Shown here piece by piece: positions 1-8,361 of a DNA stretch of 11,287 bases (its first letter is position 1; the number at the start of each line of letters is the position of its first letter). The DNA is from Promethearchaeota archaeon (GTDB taxonomy: Archaea > Asgardarchaeota > Lokiarchaeia > Sigyniarchaeales > SOKP01), in contig JBHLMP010000074.1 in NCBI GenBank assembly GCA_048938025.1, positions 1 to 11,287 on the forward strand, read 5' to 3'. Below the pieces are notes generated by a model. That model was not told the DNA's origin. It did no database searches and worked only from the letters and a program-made list of their open reading frames with translations. The position numbers and the translations under genes are program-made.

Positions 1-253
1 GACATTTCAGTTAAGAGATATCCTATATCTAATTTATTTATTAGAAAAATGTAATGTGATAAGGAGAGAAACGAAAACATATCCTTTTTATAATGAACTC
101 CATCAATAATTATTCAAAGAAATAAGTGTTATAAATACAAATTTTTATAGTGTGGAGGATTTCTAATATTTTAAATGCCAAAAATCCTCTTTAAATAGTC
201 GATGTCGGAAATACTAAAAATCCTACTCAAGCTATAGCCTTTATAATCTGAAC

Positions 254-916
254 CTAAATTAATGACCTTATTTTATCAATTGTTAATTCTTTTATAGAAT
301 TAATAATAATAAGATCACCCTCTTTATATTCTTTTAATTGATGAGCTGAATGATTTCCTGTAAGTACTCCTATAAATGGGCAATTCAAATAATTGGAGAG
401 CATTACATCCTTAGGATGGTCTCCAATTATAATGAATTTATTAGTAGGATAATTATTTAACAATATTTCTTTTAATTTTGGGTCCAATTTCCCAAGGATT
501 TTTCGATCTTCAGTTTCACCTAAGATATAGTTAAAAAAACTATAGATTTTTAAATATTTTACTATTTTTTCTGCCATTTCTTGCTTTTTTGAAGTAATTA
601 TACCTAATGAAAAATTATACTCCTTTAGCTCTAACAATTTTTTTTTAACACCAGGTAATAATTTTGATTGATAAATTCCTTGAGTTCTGTAATATTCACG
701 GAAGGCTGTAGCTAGTATTGATGGATTTAGATTTGAGATTCTAGCAAACATTTCTTCCAATGGTATCCCAACCATCTTTAGGATTGTAATTTTTTCCATT
801 TTAGGAAAATTAAACTTCTTTAAGGCATAGTTAAATGAATTTACAATTCCTTTTCCATTATCAATTAAAGTGTTATCTAAATCAAAGCTTAATACAATTT
901 TTTTATTAATCTCCAT
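254..916 (-). CDS. HAD-superfamily hydrolase (phosphoglycolate-phosphatase-like, cap C1)
   Basis: 220 aa; motif I FDLDNTL (DxDxT), motif II IITSK, motif IV IGDHPKD. Starts 29 nt after the TPR gene's stop codon, probably co-transcribed with it. Confidence 0.9.
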   Translation of the reverse strand: MEINKKIVLSFDLDNTLIDNGKGIVNSFNYALKKFNFPKMEKITILKMVGIPLEEMFARISNLNPSILATAFREYYRTQGIYQSKLLPGVKKKLLELKEYNFSLGIITSKKQEMAEKIVKYLKIYSFFNYILGETEDRKILGKLDPKLKEILLNNYPTNKFIIIGDHPKDVMLSNYLNCPFIGVLTGNHSAHQLKEYKEGDLIIINSIKELTIDKIRSLI

Positions 917-945
917 AAAAGGATTTAAAAAAGGAATTAATTTAT

Positions 946-2598
946 CTAATAAATTTTAAAACCTCTAAATAATTTTAGAAGATACATAATTTCCTCAGAA
1001 CTTTCGATTAATCTTCTTAAATTATAAGGAAAAATATTTAATTCAACCTCTTTCCCTTCAGAAATCGTATTAATCATTATTTTTATAATTTTTTTATACT
1101 TTTCAACTGTATTATCTTCAAAATCTATTTCTGAAATAACTTCCCAAGCTTTATCTAGTTTTCCATTCAAGATACATGATATAGAGGCTAAAACATAACT
1201 ATGTACAATATGGGATTCCCCAATTTTCTTTAGATTAGCTGCTTTATAATAGTATCGATATAAATTTTTTACCATTTCTCTTAAAAGAAAATCCTTTGCA
1301 TCTTCCAATTGCTCATAAAATTTTATACTTTCCAAAATAAGAGTAGCTGCTGTAAAAAATTGCTTGTTTTTCAATCCTTCTTCAGCAATTTTATTTAAGC
1401 CTCTTATAATTTGATTGAATATCCCAAATCTATTAAATTCTAAGTTTCCTTCAATAGCCATATCATAAGCATTTAAATAACTTTCTGTAGATTCGTTTAG
1501 AATATCTATCTTCCAGTAATTATCTCCTGCTTTTACAAAATGTTTATATGCCATTTCATAATTCTCTAATTCTTTAAAAATATTAGCTCCATCAAAAAAA
1601 TTAACTCCTGCTTGATTATAGTCTTCTTCTTTTTCTAAATAATTTCCTGCTAAAACAAAACAAGAAGCACATTCAATTAGATTATTTTGTATTTCTTGAT
1701 AACATAATCCTGCACCACGATAATATCTCGCTATTTTATGATAATTTTCTTTTTTCTTTTCTATAGCTTCAGCTAAATCAATATAAGCTCCAGCTTCTCT
1801 TTTTGAATATTTTACGTAATGATCATCATCATCTAGAATTTTGTATAAATTTTTCAATATTTGACATATTTGAGCTGTTGTTGCACTATTATTTTTTTCT
1901 TCTAATTTAGTTATCAAATCAGAAAAAAATTCTATTCCAACTAAGATAACTTCTTTTGCTTCATTATACTCATCTATTTCTTCATAGCATGAAAAAATTT
2001 GTTGATAAGAATAAGATAGCAAATCATAAAAATGATGAATTTTTGAAATCTTGATTACTTTTTCATAATATTTTATAGCAGTTCTGAAATTAGAAATTTT
2101 TAGATAAAGGCTTGCTATGTTTTCATAATTTCGAGCTAATTTCCTTGTTTCATTAAATTCGCTTAAAAGGTTAGTTTCTTGTTTTAGAAACTTAATACTA
2201 TTTAATATTTGCTTTTCTTCTTGTTTATTATCTTGAAACTTTTCTTGGTACAAATCTGCAATCCTTAAGTATAGTTCAGCAATTTCATGTAACTTTGCTT
2301 GAAATTTATTATCAATAATCTGTTTCTCCCAAAGCTTAATAATAATTTTATACAATCTAAGAGATTGGTTAAAATCAAGTTCCTCAATTAATTCAGCAAC
2401 AGAATATAAAAATTCTCCCGCTTCAAAATATTCTCCCGAAAAGGCTATTTCATTTGAAAAATTTATCGAAGAAGATACGATTTTTTTTATCGATTTATTT
2501 CTTTCTCCAGGATCAGTAATTCTTTTAATCTTAGATTCAGATTTTCTAAGTTTTTCTAAAAAATCTGAATAGTCTATGAATTCATCCTCTTCGATAAT
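946..2598 (-). CDS. Tetratricopeptide-repeat protein, alpha/gamma-SNAP-like helical solenoid (about 550 aa if started at ATT 2598; ORF track gives 469 aa from TTG 2355)
   Basis: Repeated TPR/SNAP-type helix pairs (YENIASLYLKISNFRTAIKYYEK; ARYYRGAGLCY; ASCFVLAGNY; AGVNFFDGANIF; AYKHFVKAGDNY). Frame stays open from 2355 up to the TGA at 2611-2613; GAGGAG at 2612-2607 lies 8 nt before ATT 2598-2596. Confidence 0.85.
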   Translation of the reverse strand: MIEEDEFIDYSDFLEKLRKSESKIKRITDPGERNKSIKKIVSSSINFSNEIAFSGEYFEAGEFLYSVAELIEELDFNQSLRLYKIIIKLWEKQIIDNKFQAKLHEIAELYLRIADLYQEKFQDNKQEEKQILNSIKFLKQETNLLSEFNETRKLARNYENIASLYLKISNFRTAIKYYEKVIKISKIHHFYDLLSYSYQQIFSCYEEIDEYNEAKEVILVGIEFFSDLITKLEEKNNSATTAQICQILKNLYKILDDDDHYVKYSKREAGAYIDLAEAIEKKKENYHKIARYYRGAGLCYQEIQNNLIECASCFVLAGNYLEKEEDYNQAGVNFFDGANIFKELENYEMAYKHFVKAGDNYWKIDILNESTESYLNAYDMAIEGNLEFNRFGIFNQIIRGLNKIAEEGLKNKQFFTAATLILESIKFYEQLEDAKDFLLREMVKNLYRYYYKAANLKKIGESHIVHSYVLASISCILNGKLDKAWEVISEIDFEDNTVEKYKKIIKIMINTISEGKEVELNIFPYNLRRLIESSEEIMYLLKLFRGFKIY

Positions 2599-2606
2599 CT
2601 TAGTAT

Positions 2607-2612
2607 CTCCTC
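2607..2612 (-). promoter_or_regulatory. Shine-Dalgarno-like GAGGAG for the TPR/SNAP-like gene
   Basis: Minus strand reads TGAGGAG-ATACTAAG-ATT-ATC-GAA; similar to the GGAGG motifs before the TusA and desulfurase genes. Confidence 0.6.
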
Positions 2613-2863
2613 AAAAAAATTAATTACTATGCATAAAAATTAATATAAAAATAAAAACAGTTTGTTTTCCTTCTTAAAGTTTAGAAAAATTTAAAAAGAG
2701 GTTCCAATACTATGGAATTTTAATTTACACATATAAAATATACTGAATTATTTTTACAAATAGGAAGATTTTAAATATATATGATACAATAAAAATTTAA
2801 GAATTAATTATAAATATAAGAACGATATATATAATTATTAATTAAAATCAAATTATTGAGTAG

Positions 2864-3082
2864 ATGAAAAAGATGAAACAAATTTCTGAATTATTGGAAA
2901 CAGGTGTCTATGAAACGTTAACAATAGAGAAAAAAATGACTGTTGGCGATTTACTAAAGGAATTAAATCTTGAAAATAAGTATTTTGGCATCCTAGTTAA
3001 TGGAAAGAAAGCCGATGAGAACACAGTTATCCATCAAACAGATTCTGTTGTTGTGCTTCCACATATTGCTGGAGGCTCTTAG
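2864..3082 (+). CDS. ThiS/MoaD/SAMP-family ubiquitin-like (beta-grasp) sulfur carrier or protein modifier
   Basis: 72 aa; TVGDLLKELNL...ILVNG...DSVVVLPHIAGG typical of the family; ends GG plus one Ser. Second possible ATG at 2873. Confidence 0.88.
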   Translation: MKKMKQISELLETGVYETLTIEKKMTVGDLLKELNLENKYFGILVNGKKADENTVIHQTDSVVVLPHIAGGS

Positions 3083-3204
3083 AATGTAATGATTTATTTA
3101 CTTTTTTATTCTCTTATTTAAATTAGTTTATAAGATCAATTCCTGATATTTTTTCAGATCCTTTTAAGGATTTACTTTAATTGGTTTGGGAACAGACTTA
3201 AAAT

Positions 3205-3846
3205 TCACAGACTTTTAGCAGAGTTTGTAAGTGACTTCCCACAATTTGGGCAAAATTTCTCCTTTAGTTTTAAACCCATCCCACAATAGGGACAAAATTT
3301 AGTAATTTGAGGTTTTCCAGTAACTTCTGCTTCGGTTTGGGTTGATGATGTAGTTTTAGGAGCGATTTCTATTAATTGTTCTGGAAATCCATATAAAATG
3401 ATAATACTATAAACACTTATCCCCGCAACGACTATATCACCAAATAAGTGCGCTATTAAGATTCCACTAGTTAATTCTGCTCTTGCTAAAATTGTAATTG
3501 CCCGAATTTCCAAAAACATAGATAAGGATGTGAATATAAGTACTATGATAGTTACAGCTTTATTAGTTTTTAATACGAGTGTTAAAACACCAAAATTTAT
3601 ACATATAGCAAGATAAACAATCCCTATAAAAATCATTCCAATCCAAAAAAATAATGTTGCAGCTAATCCTACAGCAATTCCGGCAATGGCTTCCCCTAAA
3701 TTAGAAGCAGTTATATCAAGATTAAAATTAAATAGAACTACTAATGCTTTTAAACCATTATTTGAGAAAGCCATCAATAAAATAGTGGTAGAAAATATAA
3801 GGATTATGACACCAGCAATGGTCTTTAAAATTTCAACTTTATTCAT
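3205..3846 (-). CDS. Membrane protein (about 4 TM helices) with C-terminal zinc ribbon
   Basis: Four long hydrophobic stretches in aa 1-155, a Thr/Ser-rich linker (PKTTSSTQTEAE), then FCPYCG-x-FCPNCG (two CxxC). Confidence 0.85.
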   Translation of the reverse strand: MNKVEILKTIAGVIILIFSTTILLMAFSNNGLKALVVLFNFNLDITASNLGEAIAGIAVGLAATLFFWIGMIFIGIVYLAICINFGVLTLVLKTNKAVTIIVLIFTSLSMFLEIRAITILARAELTSGILIAHLFGDIVVAGISVYSIIILYGFPEQLIEIAPKTTSSTQTEAEVTGKPQITKFCPYCGMGLKLKEKFCPNCGKSLTNSAKSL

Positions 3847-3997
3847 ATCAAATAATCACACTTTTTTTAACTTTTTAAATTTTTAATTGAATGGATTATA
3901 AAAAAAATTAAGATATCTCTTAATTTATAGATTTCTAACTTAGTATTATTTAATTAAAATTATGTGGACCAATTCTAATTTATCATTTTTAGAAACT

Positions 3998-4978
3998 TCA
4001 TTTAAGCTCAATTCTTAAAAGATCTTCAGCTAAGATTGTGTTTGGAAAAATTTCTTTCGCTTCTTCTAGCAATTTTAAAGCATCATCTTGGTATCTTGCT
4101 GAGATGTGCGTCAAGATTAATTGTTTTGCATTCATTTTTACAGCATCAAGGGCAGCATCAACAGAGGTAGAATGTTTCTTCTCTTTAGCTGTTTCAGCTA
4201 ATTTCTTAGAATATGTAGCTTCATGAATTAGAATATCAGAATCTTTTCCTAAATCTATTAGAGAATCGCTAGGTGCCAAATCTCCAGAATAAGTAATTTT
4301 CCTACCTGGTCTTTTTGGCCCAACAACTCCTTCTTTTACAGGGTCAATAACTTTTCCATTAAATTCAATCTCTAAACCTTCTTGAAGTTTTTTCCAAGTT
4401 CTACTCTCAGGAATCCCTAACTCTTTAGCTCTATCAGGATTAAATTTTCCATAACGAGGATTTTCAATAAAAGAATATGCATAAGTAGTTATCGAATGGT
4501 TAACTAATGCGAATCTTATTGAGAAATATTTTGACTTATAAATTAAACTATCTTTTATTTTTACAGTATCTTTGGGAACCTCAGTATCTAAACCTTCAAA
4601 TTCTATTAAATTATTATTAATATGATCAATTTCAACAATTTTAATTGGATATTTAGCTTTTAAGCCTAGGATTTTTTTATGAAGATATACATAAAGGAAA
4701 AGATTTTGAGGACCAAAAATGGTAAGAGGTGCAGTCCTTTCATTTAAACTTAATCGAAATAAGAATCCTGGAAGACCTATAATATGATCTCCATGAAAAT
4801 GCGTTATAAATATCTTTAAAGGTTTATTAAATTTTAAACCAGCTTCTGCAAATCTACGCTGGAAATCTTCTCCACAGTCAAACAATATTATTTGATTTTT
4901 ATATCTTAAAGCTATAGAAGATAAATTTCGATTTTTAATAGGAGTAGCCGCTGCTGATCCTAAAATAAAGAGCTCCAT
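3998..4978 (-). CDS. rnz: Ribonuclease Z (tRNase Z, short form)
   Basis: 326 aa metallo-beta-lactamase fold: LGS..P...RN, FDCGE, THFHGDH (HxHxDH), exosite GKFNPDRAKELGIP, YSGD, LIHEATY, HST, LTHISARY. Confidence 0.96.
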   Translation of the reverse strand: MELFILGSAAATPIKNRNLSSIALRYKNQIILFDCGEDFQRRFAEAGLKFNKPLKIFITHFHGDHIIGLPGFLFRLSLNERTAPLTIFGPQNLFLYVYLHKKILGLKAKYPIKIVEIDHINNNLIEFEGLDTEVPKDTVKIKDSLIYKSKYFSIRFALVNHSITTYAYSFIENPRYGKFNPDRAKELGIPESRTWKKLQEGLEIEFNGKVIDPVKEGVVGPKRPGRKITYSGDLAPSDSLIDLGKDSDILIHEATYSKKLAETAKEKKHSTSVDAALDAVKMNAKQLILTHISARYQDDALKLLEEAKEIFPNTILAEDLLRIELK

Positions 4979-4991
4979 TTTAACGCTAGTT

Positions 4992-6293
4992 TTATTTTTT
5001 TCTTAACACTGAAATCTCTAACCTTTGTTCGGCATTCTGCTTTTTTAGATCTTCAATTAAGCTTTTAAGTTCCTTCAATCTTAAAGTTAAATTAGGATCT
5101 TCTGCTGAAGCTGGTGGTGGTTGACGATATGGTTGAACATAACTACCTTCTAATTTTTCTTGTAATTCATTAATTTTTTTGTCTTTTAATCTAATTTGAG
5201 ATTCCAGTTGTTTATATTTACCTTTTATTTGGACAGCTTCGTTTTTAATTGTTTCAATTTCTCCTTCTCTTATTTCAAGTTGTTTCTGTAGAAAAATAGC
5301 CATCTCTCTTTGCATTTTTAATTGTCCTTCCAATTCACTTTGAGGTTTAGCTTGTTCTGGTGACTTTTCACCACCGTACTGCTTAAGTTGCTCTTGAAGA
5401 GATCTTATTTGAATTTTAGCCTTGTTCAGTTTGTTTTGCAAATCTTGTAAAACTTCAGAAGGAGCACCAGATTGTTCTACATCAAATTCTACTTCGACCT
5501 GTTGTATTGTAGATATATCATTCTTTAAATTTTGAATTTCTATGTCTCGCTTTTCTAAAAGTTCTTTTAAATTATTAATCTCACTTGTTAACTCGGACTC
5601 TTCCGCTACTTTTTCTCCCTTTTTTTCCTTCTTTTTGAATTTTTCAAGTTTTTTGTTTAAATCTTGTACTTGTCTTTTAGATTTATTTAGTTGATTTTGA
5701 AGATCTTCAATTAAAGTTTTCTGAATTGAAGCACTTTCTTTTTCTCCATTAGCAGTTTTTATTAAGCTTTGATTCAATTTTGAAATATCTGATTTTAATG
5801 TGGCAATTTCTTCTTCTTTCTCTTTTAGTATTTCACTAATTTCTGCTTTATCATCAACTTTTCTTTTTAAATCGTTAATAATTGAGCGTTGTTTATTTAC
5901 TTTATCCTGTAGTTCATTTACTAAAGTATTGAGAGGAGATTTGGGTTTTAAATCTTCTATTCGAATAACCGAAGAAGTAGATTTTTGTTTTGTTAATTTT
6001 TCAAGTTTTTGTTGAAGCTCTATATTTTCTTTTCTTAAAAATCCCATTTTATCTTTTAAATCTCTAATTTGCTTATCTTTTTCCTCAATTCCTAATGAGT
6101 ATATTGAATCCATTGCTTGCATTTTTTTACTCTTTTTTGAACTAACCGCTGAAGGAATTATTTCTTCTTCTAAGTGCATAATGTGATCTTCGAGTTCTTC
6201 GATTTTATCGAGTAAACTGAGAATTTCTTGTTCTTTTTTCTCCAAATCCTTCTCTAATTGATTGATTCTATCTTTTAGAGGATCTTTAGACAT
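4992..6293 (-). CDS. Long segmented coiled-coil protein of unknown function
   Basis: 433 aa, very rich in K/E/Q/L with heptad pattern, broken by Ser/Pro/Gly linkers; no catalytic motif or TM segment seen; stop codon lies 13 nt before the rnz start. Confidence 0.85.
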   Translation of the reverse strand: MSKDPLKDRINQLEKDLEKKEQEILSLLDKIEELEDHIMHLEEEIIPSAVSSKKSKKMQAMDSIYSLGIEEKDKQIRDLKDKMGFLRKENIELQQKLEKLTKQKSTSSVIRIEDLKPKSPLNTLVNELQDKVNKQRSIINDLKRKVDDKAEISEILKEKEEEIATLKSDISKLNQSLIKTANGEKESASIQKTLIEDLQNQLNKSKRQVQDLNKKLEKFKKKEKKGEKVAEESELTSEINNLKELLEKRDIEIQNLKNDISTIQQVEVEFDVEQSGAPSEVLQDLQNKLNKAKIQIRSLQEQLKQYGGEKSPEQAKPQSELEGQLKMQREMAIFLQKQLEIREGEIETIKNEAVQIKGKYKQLESQIRLKDKKINELQEKLEGSYVQPYRQPPPASAEDPNLTLRLKELKSLIEDLKKQNAEQRLEISVLRKK

Positions 6294-6434
6294 CTTGAAA
6301 AATTACCTTTATTCCTCAAAATAAAATTTTCTTATATTTTACTTATACAATTTTAGTAATTAAATTTTAACTAATATGATAATTTTTAGTTGTGTGAAAA
6401 AGTGGTCAATTGACTATTTATATTGAAATTAGAC

Positions 6435-8348
6435 TTAATAAAGATTAAAATCTTTAATATTAAATTTGTTAATCTTTTTCATAATAGGAATAAGGCTTAT
6501 AATATTGAAAATTATAAATACTGTAAACAGGAATGAAAGAAGAATGAATGGTAAGTATAATGGTGGTAAAGAAACTCTCTCAAACAAGAAGACTGAGTTA
6601 ATAATCATTCCTATGCCTAAACATAATAAAAGAGCAGGGATGATGATAAAGAGAGATTCCAAGAATAATATTCTTTTTAAAGACTTATTCTTTGATCCTA
6701 TTGCCCGCATAATGAGAAAATCTTTAACCTTTTCAATGATTCCTCCTCGTTGATAAAAATTCAAGATTAAAAGAGACATGAAAGCTATTATCAGGATTAA
6801 AAATATTGGGTATAATGATAAATTAAATAAATAATCTATATTTTTTTTGAAGATAGCGTCTAATTTTAGATGAGTAAAATCTACACCCAAATTATTAGTT
6901 ACGTTAATAATTTCATCTCTAATATTATTATAACTTCCAGATTTTAGCTTTAGTATAATTAAGTTGATTTCATCGTAAGTAAAATTTAATAGCTCACGAG
7001 ATTCATTCAATCCGATATAACCTGCATAACCATTAAAGAAACTATCAATTAATACACCACAGATACCTGGTTTAAATGTTTTATTTAAACCCATAATCTC
7101 TAGATATTGATCTAAGGGATACTCAAAGAAATTGTATGCTAATCCATCTCCAATTGTCATATTTGCAAAAGAATCATCATTTGTAAAAAATTTGCCTTCA
7201 AGTTCAAAATTTTGAATAATTTTCTCAGGATTTACTCCTATTATGGGAAAATTTCCAGTTCTTTGTTTTCCTACTGTTTTATATTCACCATCACTTATAA
7301 TATGGCCATCCAATTCTTCAACATCATAAAAATTTATTAATCTCTCGTCTATCTTTTCAATATCATCAATAATTTCCAGATTATTAATGTCACTGTAATT
7401 AAAAATGTATTTTGTGTCTGTAAGATTTATTGTATCTTCATCAACTATTATTCTTGGATTTGAGAACATTTTATACATTAAGGAATAGTTATATACAACA
7501 TCTTTATGACCAATTACAACAATATTCTCACCCTGGGATTTTCTAATCCACTCTTGAGAAGAACTAGTTAAAACAATAGAGCCTAATCCTAAAGTAAAAA
7601 TTATAAGAGAAATTAAACTAAACACAATAATATATCTCCTAAATTCTCCCTTTCTTCTTATATTATTAATCACTGAAATTTTTAAATTAAATCCTAGTCT
7701 TGAAAGCCACTTTGGAACTAAACTTAATCTTTTCTTGGCATGAAAATTATAAGGTATATCTCCTGAAAATGTTTTAATTATTTTTTGAGTCCCAATTTTC
7801 CTTAAAACATAACCAGTTACAAAAAAGATACCCAAAATACAAGAAATGAATATAATGGGTGTATAAAGCCAATCAATTTGAAAATTTATTGGAAACTTTA
7901 ATAAAAACATGATTAAAATAAATATTCCAAATGATATCAAGCCCAGAATCCAGCCAAGGATAAAACCTAGTATAAAAATAATAAATGCTTCGAGAAGATA
8001 AAAACTATATAATTTCCCTGGTAGGGTACCCAACGATTTCATTATTGCAATATCTCTTTTCTTATGGATAATTAACGTAGTTGTAATGACAACAACTACG
8101 ACTATTGATAAAATGATTACTAAAGCAAGTATTAAAGAAATAAACTCTTTATATACTAAATTAATAGCACCTGTAAAGAAATAAGTATTTTTTAAACTAG
8201 TGGATATTACCATATTTAAACCAAATGAAGATGTGAAATATATTAAAAATTCTGTCACAGCAATTACCAAAACAATAATCAGTAAATAAGGAATTGTTGT
8301 ATCTTTTTTCCGATAAATATCTTTTAAGGCAAAATCTAGTGAAGACAC
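6435..8348 (-). CDS. FtsX/MacB-family ABC transporter permease (two FtsX-type repeats, about 8 TM)
   Basis: 637 aa, GTG start; two copies of the coupling motif (KKRDIAIMKSLG...LLEA; KVKDFLIMRAIG...FLES) and a large extracytoplasmic domain (LEGKFF...TIGDGLA). Confidence 0.9.
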   Translation of the reverse strand: MSSLDFALKDIYRKKDTTIPYLLIIVLVIAVTEFLIYFTSSFGLNMVISTSLKNTYFFTGAINLVYKEFISLILALVIILSIVVVVVITTTLIIHKKRDIAIMKSLGTLPGKLYSFYLLEAFIIFILGFILGWILGLISFGIFILIMFLLKFPINFQIDWLYTPIIFISCILGIFFVTGYVLRKIGTQKIIKTFSGDIPYNFHAKKRLSLVPKWLSRLGFNLKISVINNIRRKGEFRRYIIVFSLISLIIFTLGLGSIVLTSSSQEWIRKSQGENIVVIGHKDVVYNYSLMYKMFSNPRIIVDEDTINLTDTKYIFNYSDINNLEIIDDIEKIDERLINFYDVEELDGHIISDGEYKTVGKQRTGNFPIIGVNPEKIIQNFELEGKFFTNDDSFANMTIGDGLAYNFFEYPLDQYLEIMGLNKTFKPGICGVLIDSFFNGYAGYIGLNESRELLNFTYDEINLIILKLKSGSYNNIRDEIINVTNNLGVDFTHLKLDAIFKKNIDYLFNLSLYPIFLILIIAFMSLLILNFYQRGGIIEKVKDFLIMRAIGSKNKSLKRILFLESLFIIIPALLLCLGIGMIINSVFLFERVSLPPLYLPFILLSFLFTVFIIFNIISLIPIMKKINKFNIKDFNLY

Positions 8349-8361
8349 TTTTTAGAACCAA

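Noticed and set aside
1-5. Possible minus-strand ATG (5-3) of a gene leaving the left edge
   Set aside because: Only 5 nt visible; cannot be supported.
3158-3171. ATCCTT-TT-AAGGAT dyad between convergent genes
   Set aside because: Too short and weak to call a terminator or operator.
3686-3886. 66-aa plus-strand ORF
   Set aside because: Antisense shadow of the zinc-ribbon membrane protein gene; no recognisable motif.
11-3923. 12-nt inverted match TTAAGAGATATC (11-22) / GATATCTCTTAA (3912-3923) as terminal inverted repeats
   Set aside because: Such matches are expected by chance in AT-rich DNA; no transposase or target-site duplication.
4038-4226. 62-aa plus-strand ORF
   Set aside because: Lies antisense within rnz.
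5800-6015. 71-aa plus-strand Ser/Phe-rich ORF
   Set aside because: Composition simply mirrors Glu/Lys codons of the coiled-coil gene.
6466-6753. 95-aa plus-strand ORF
   Set aside because: Antisense to the permease TM region; no independent support.
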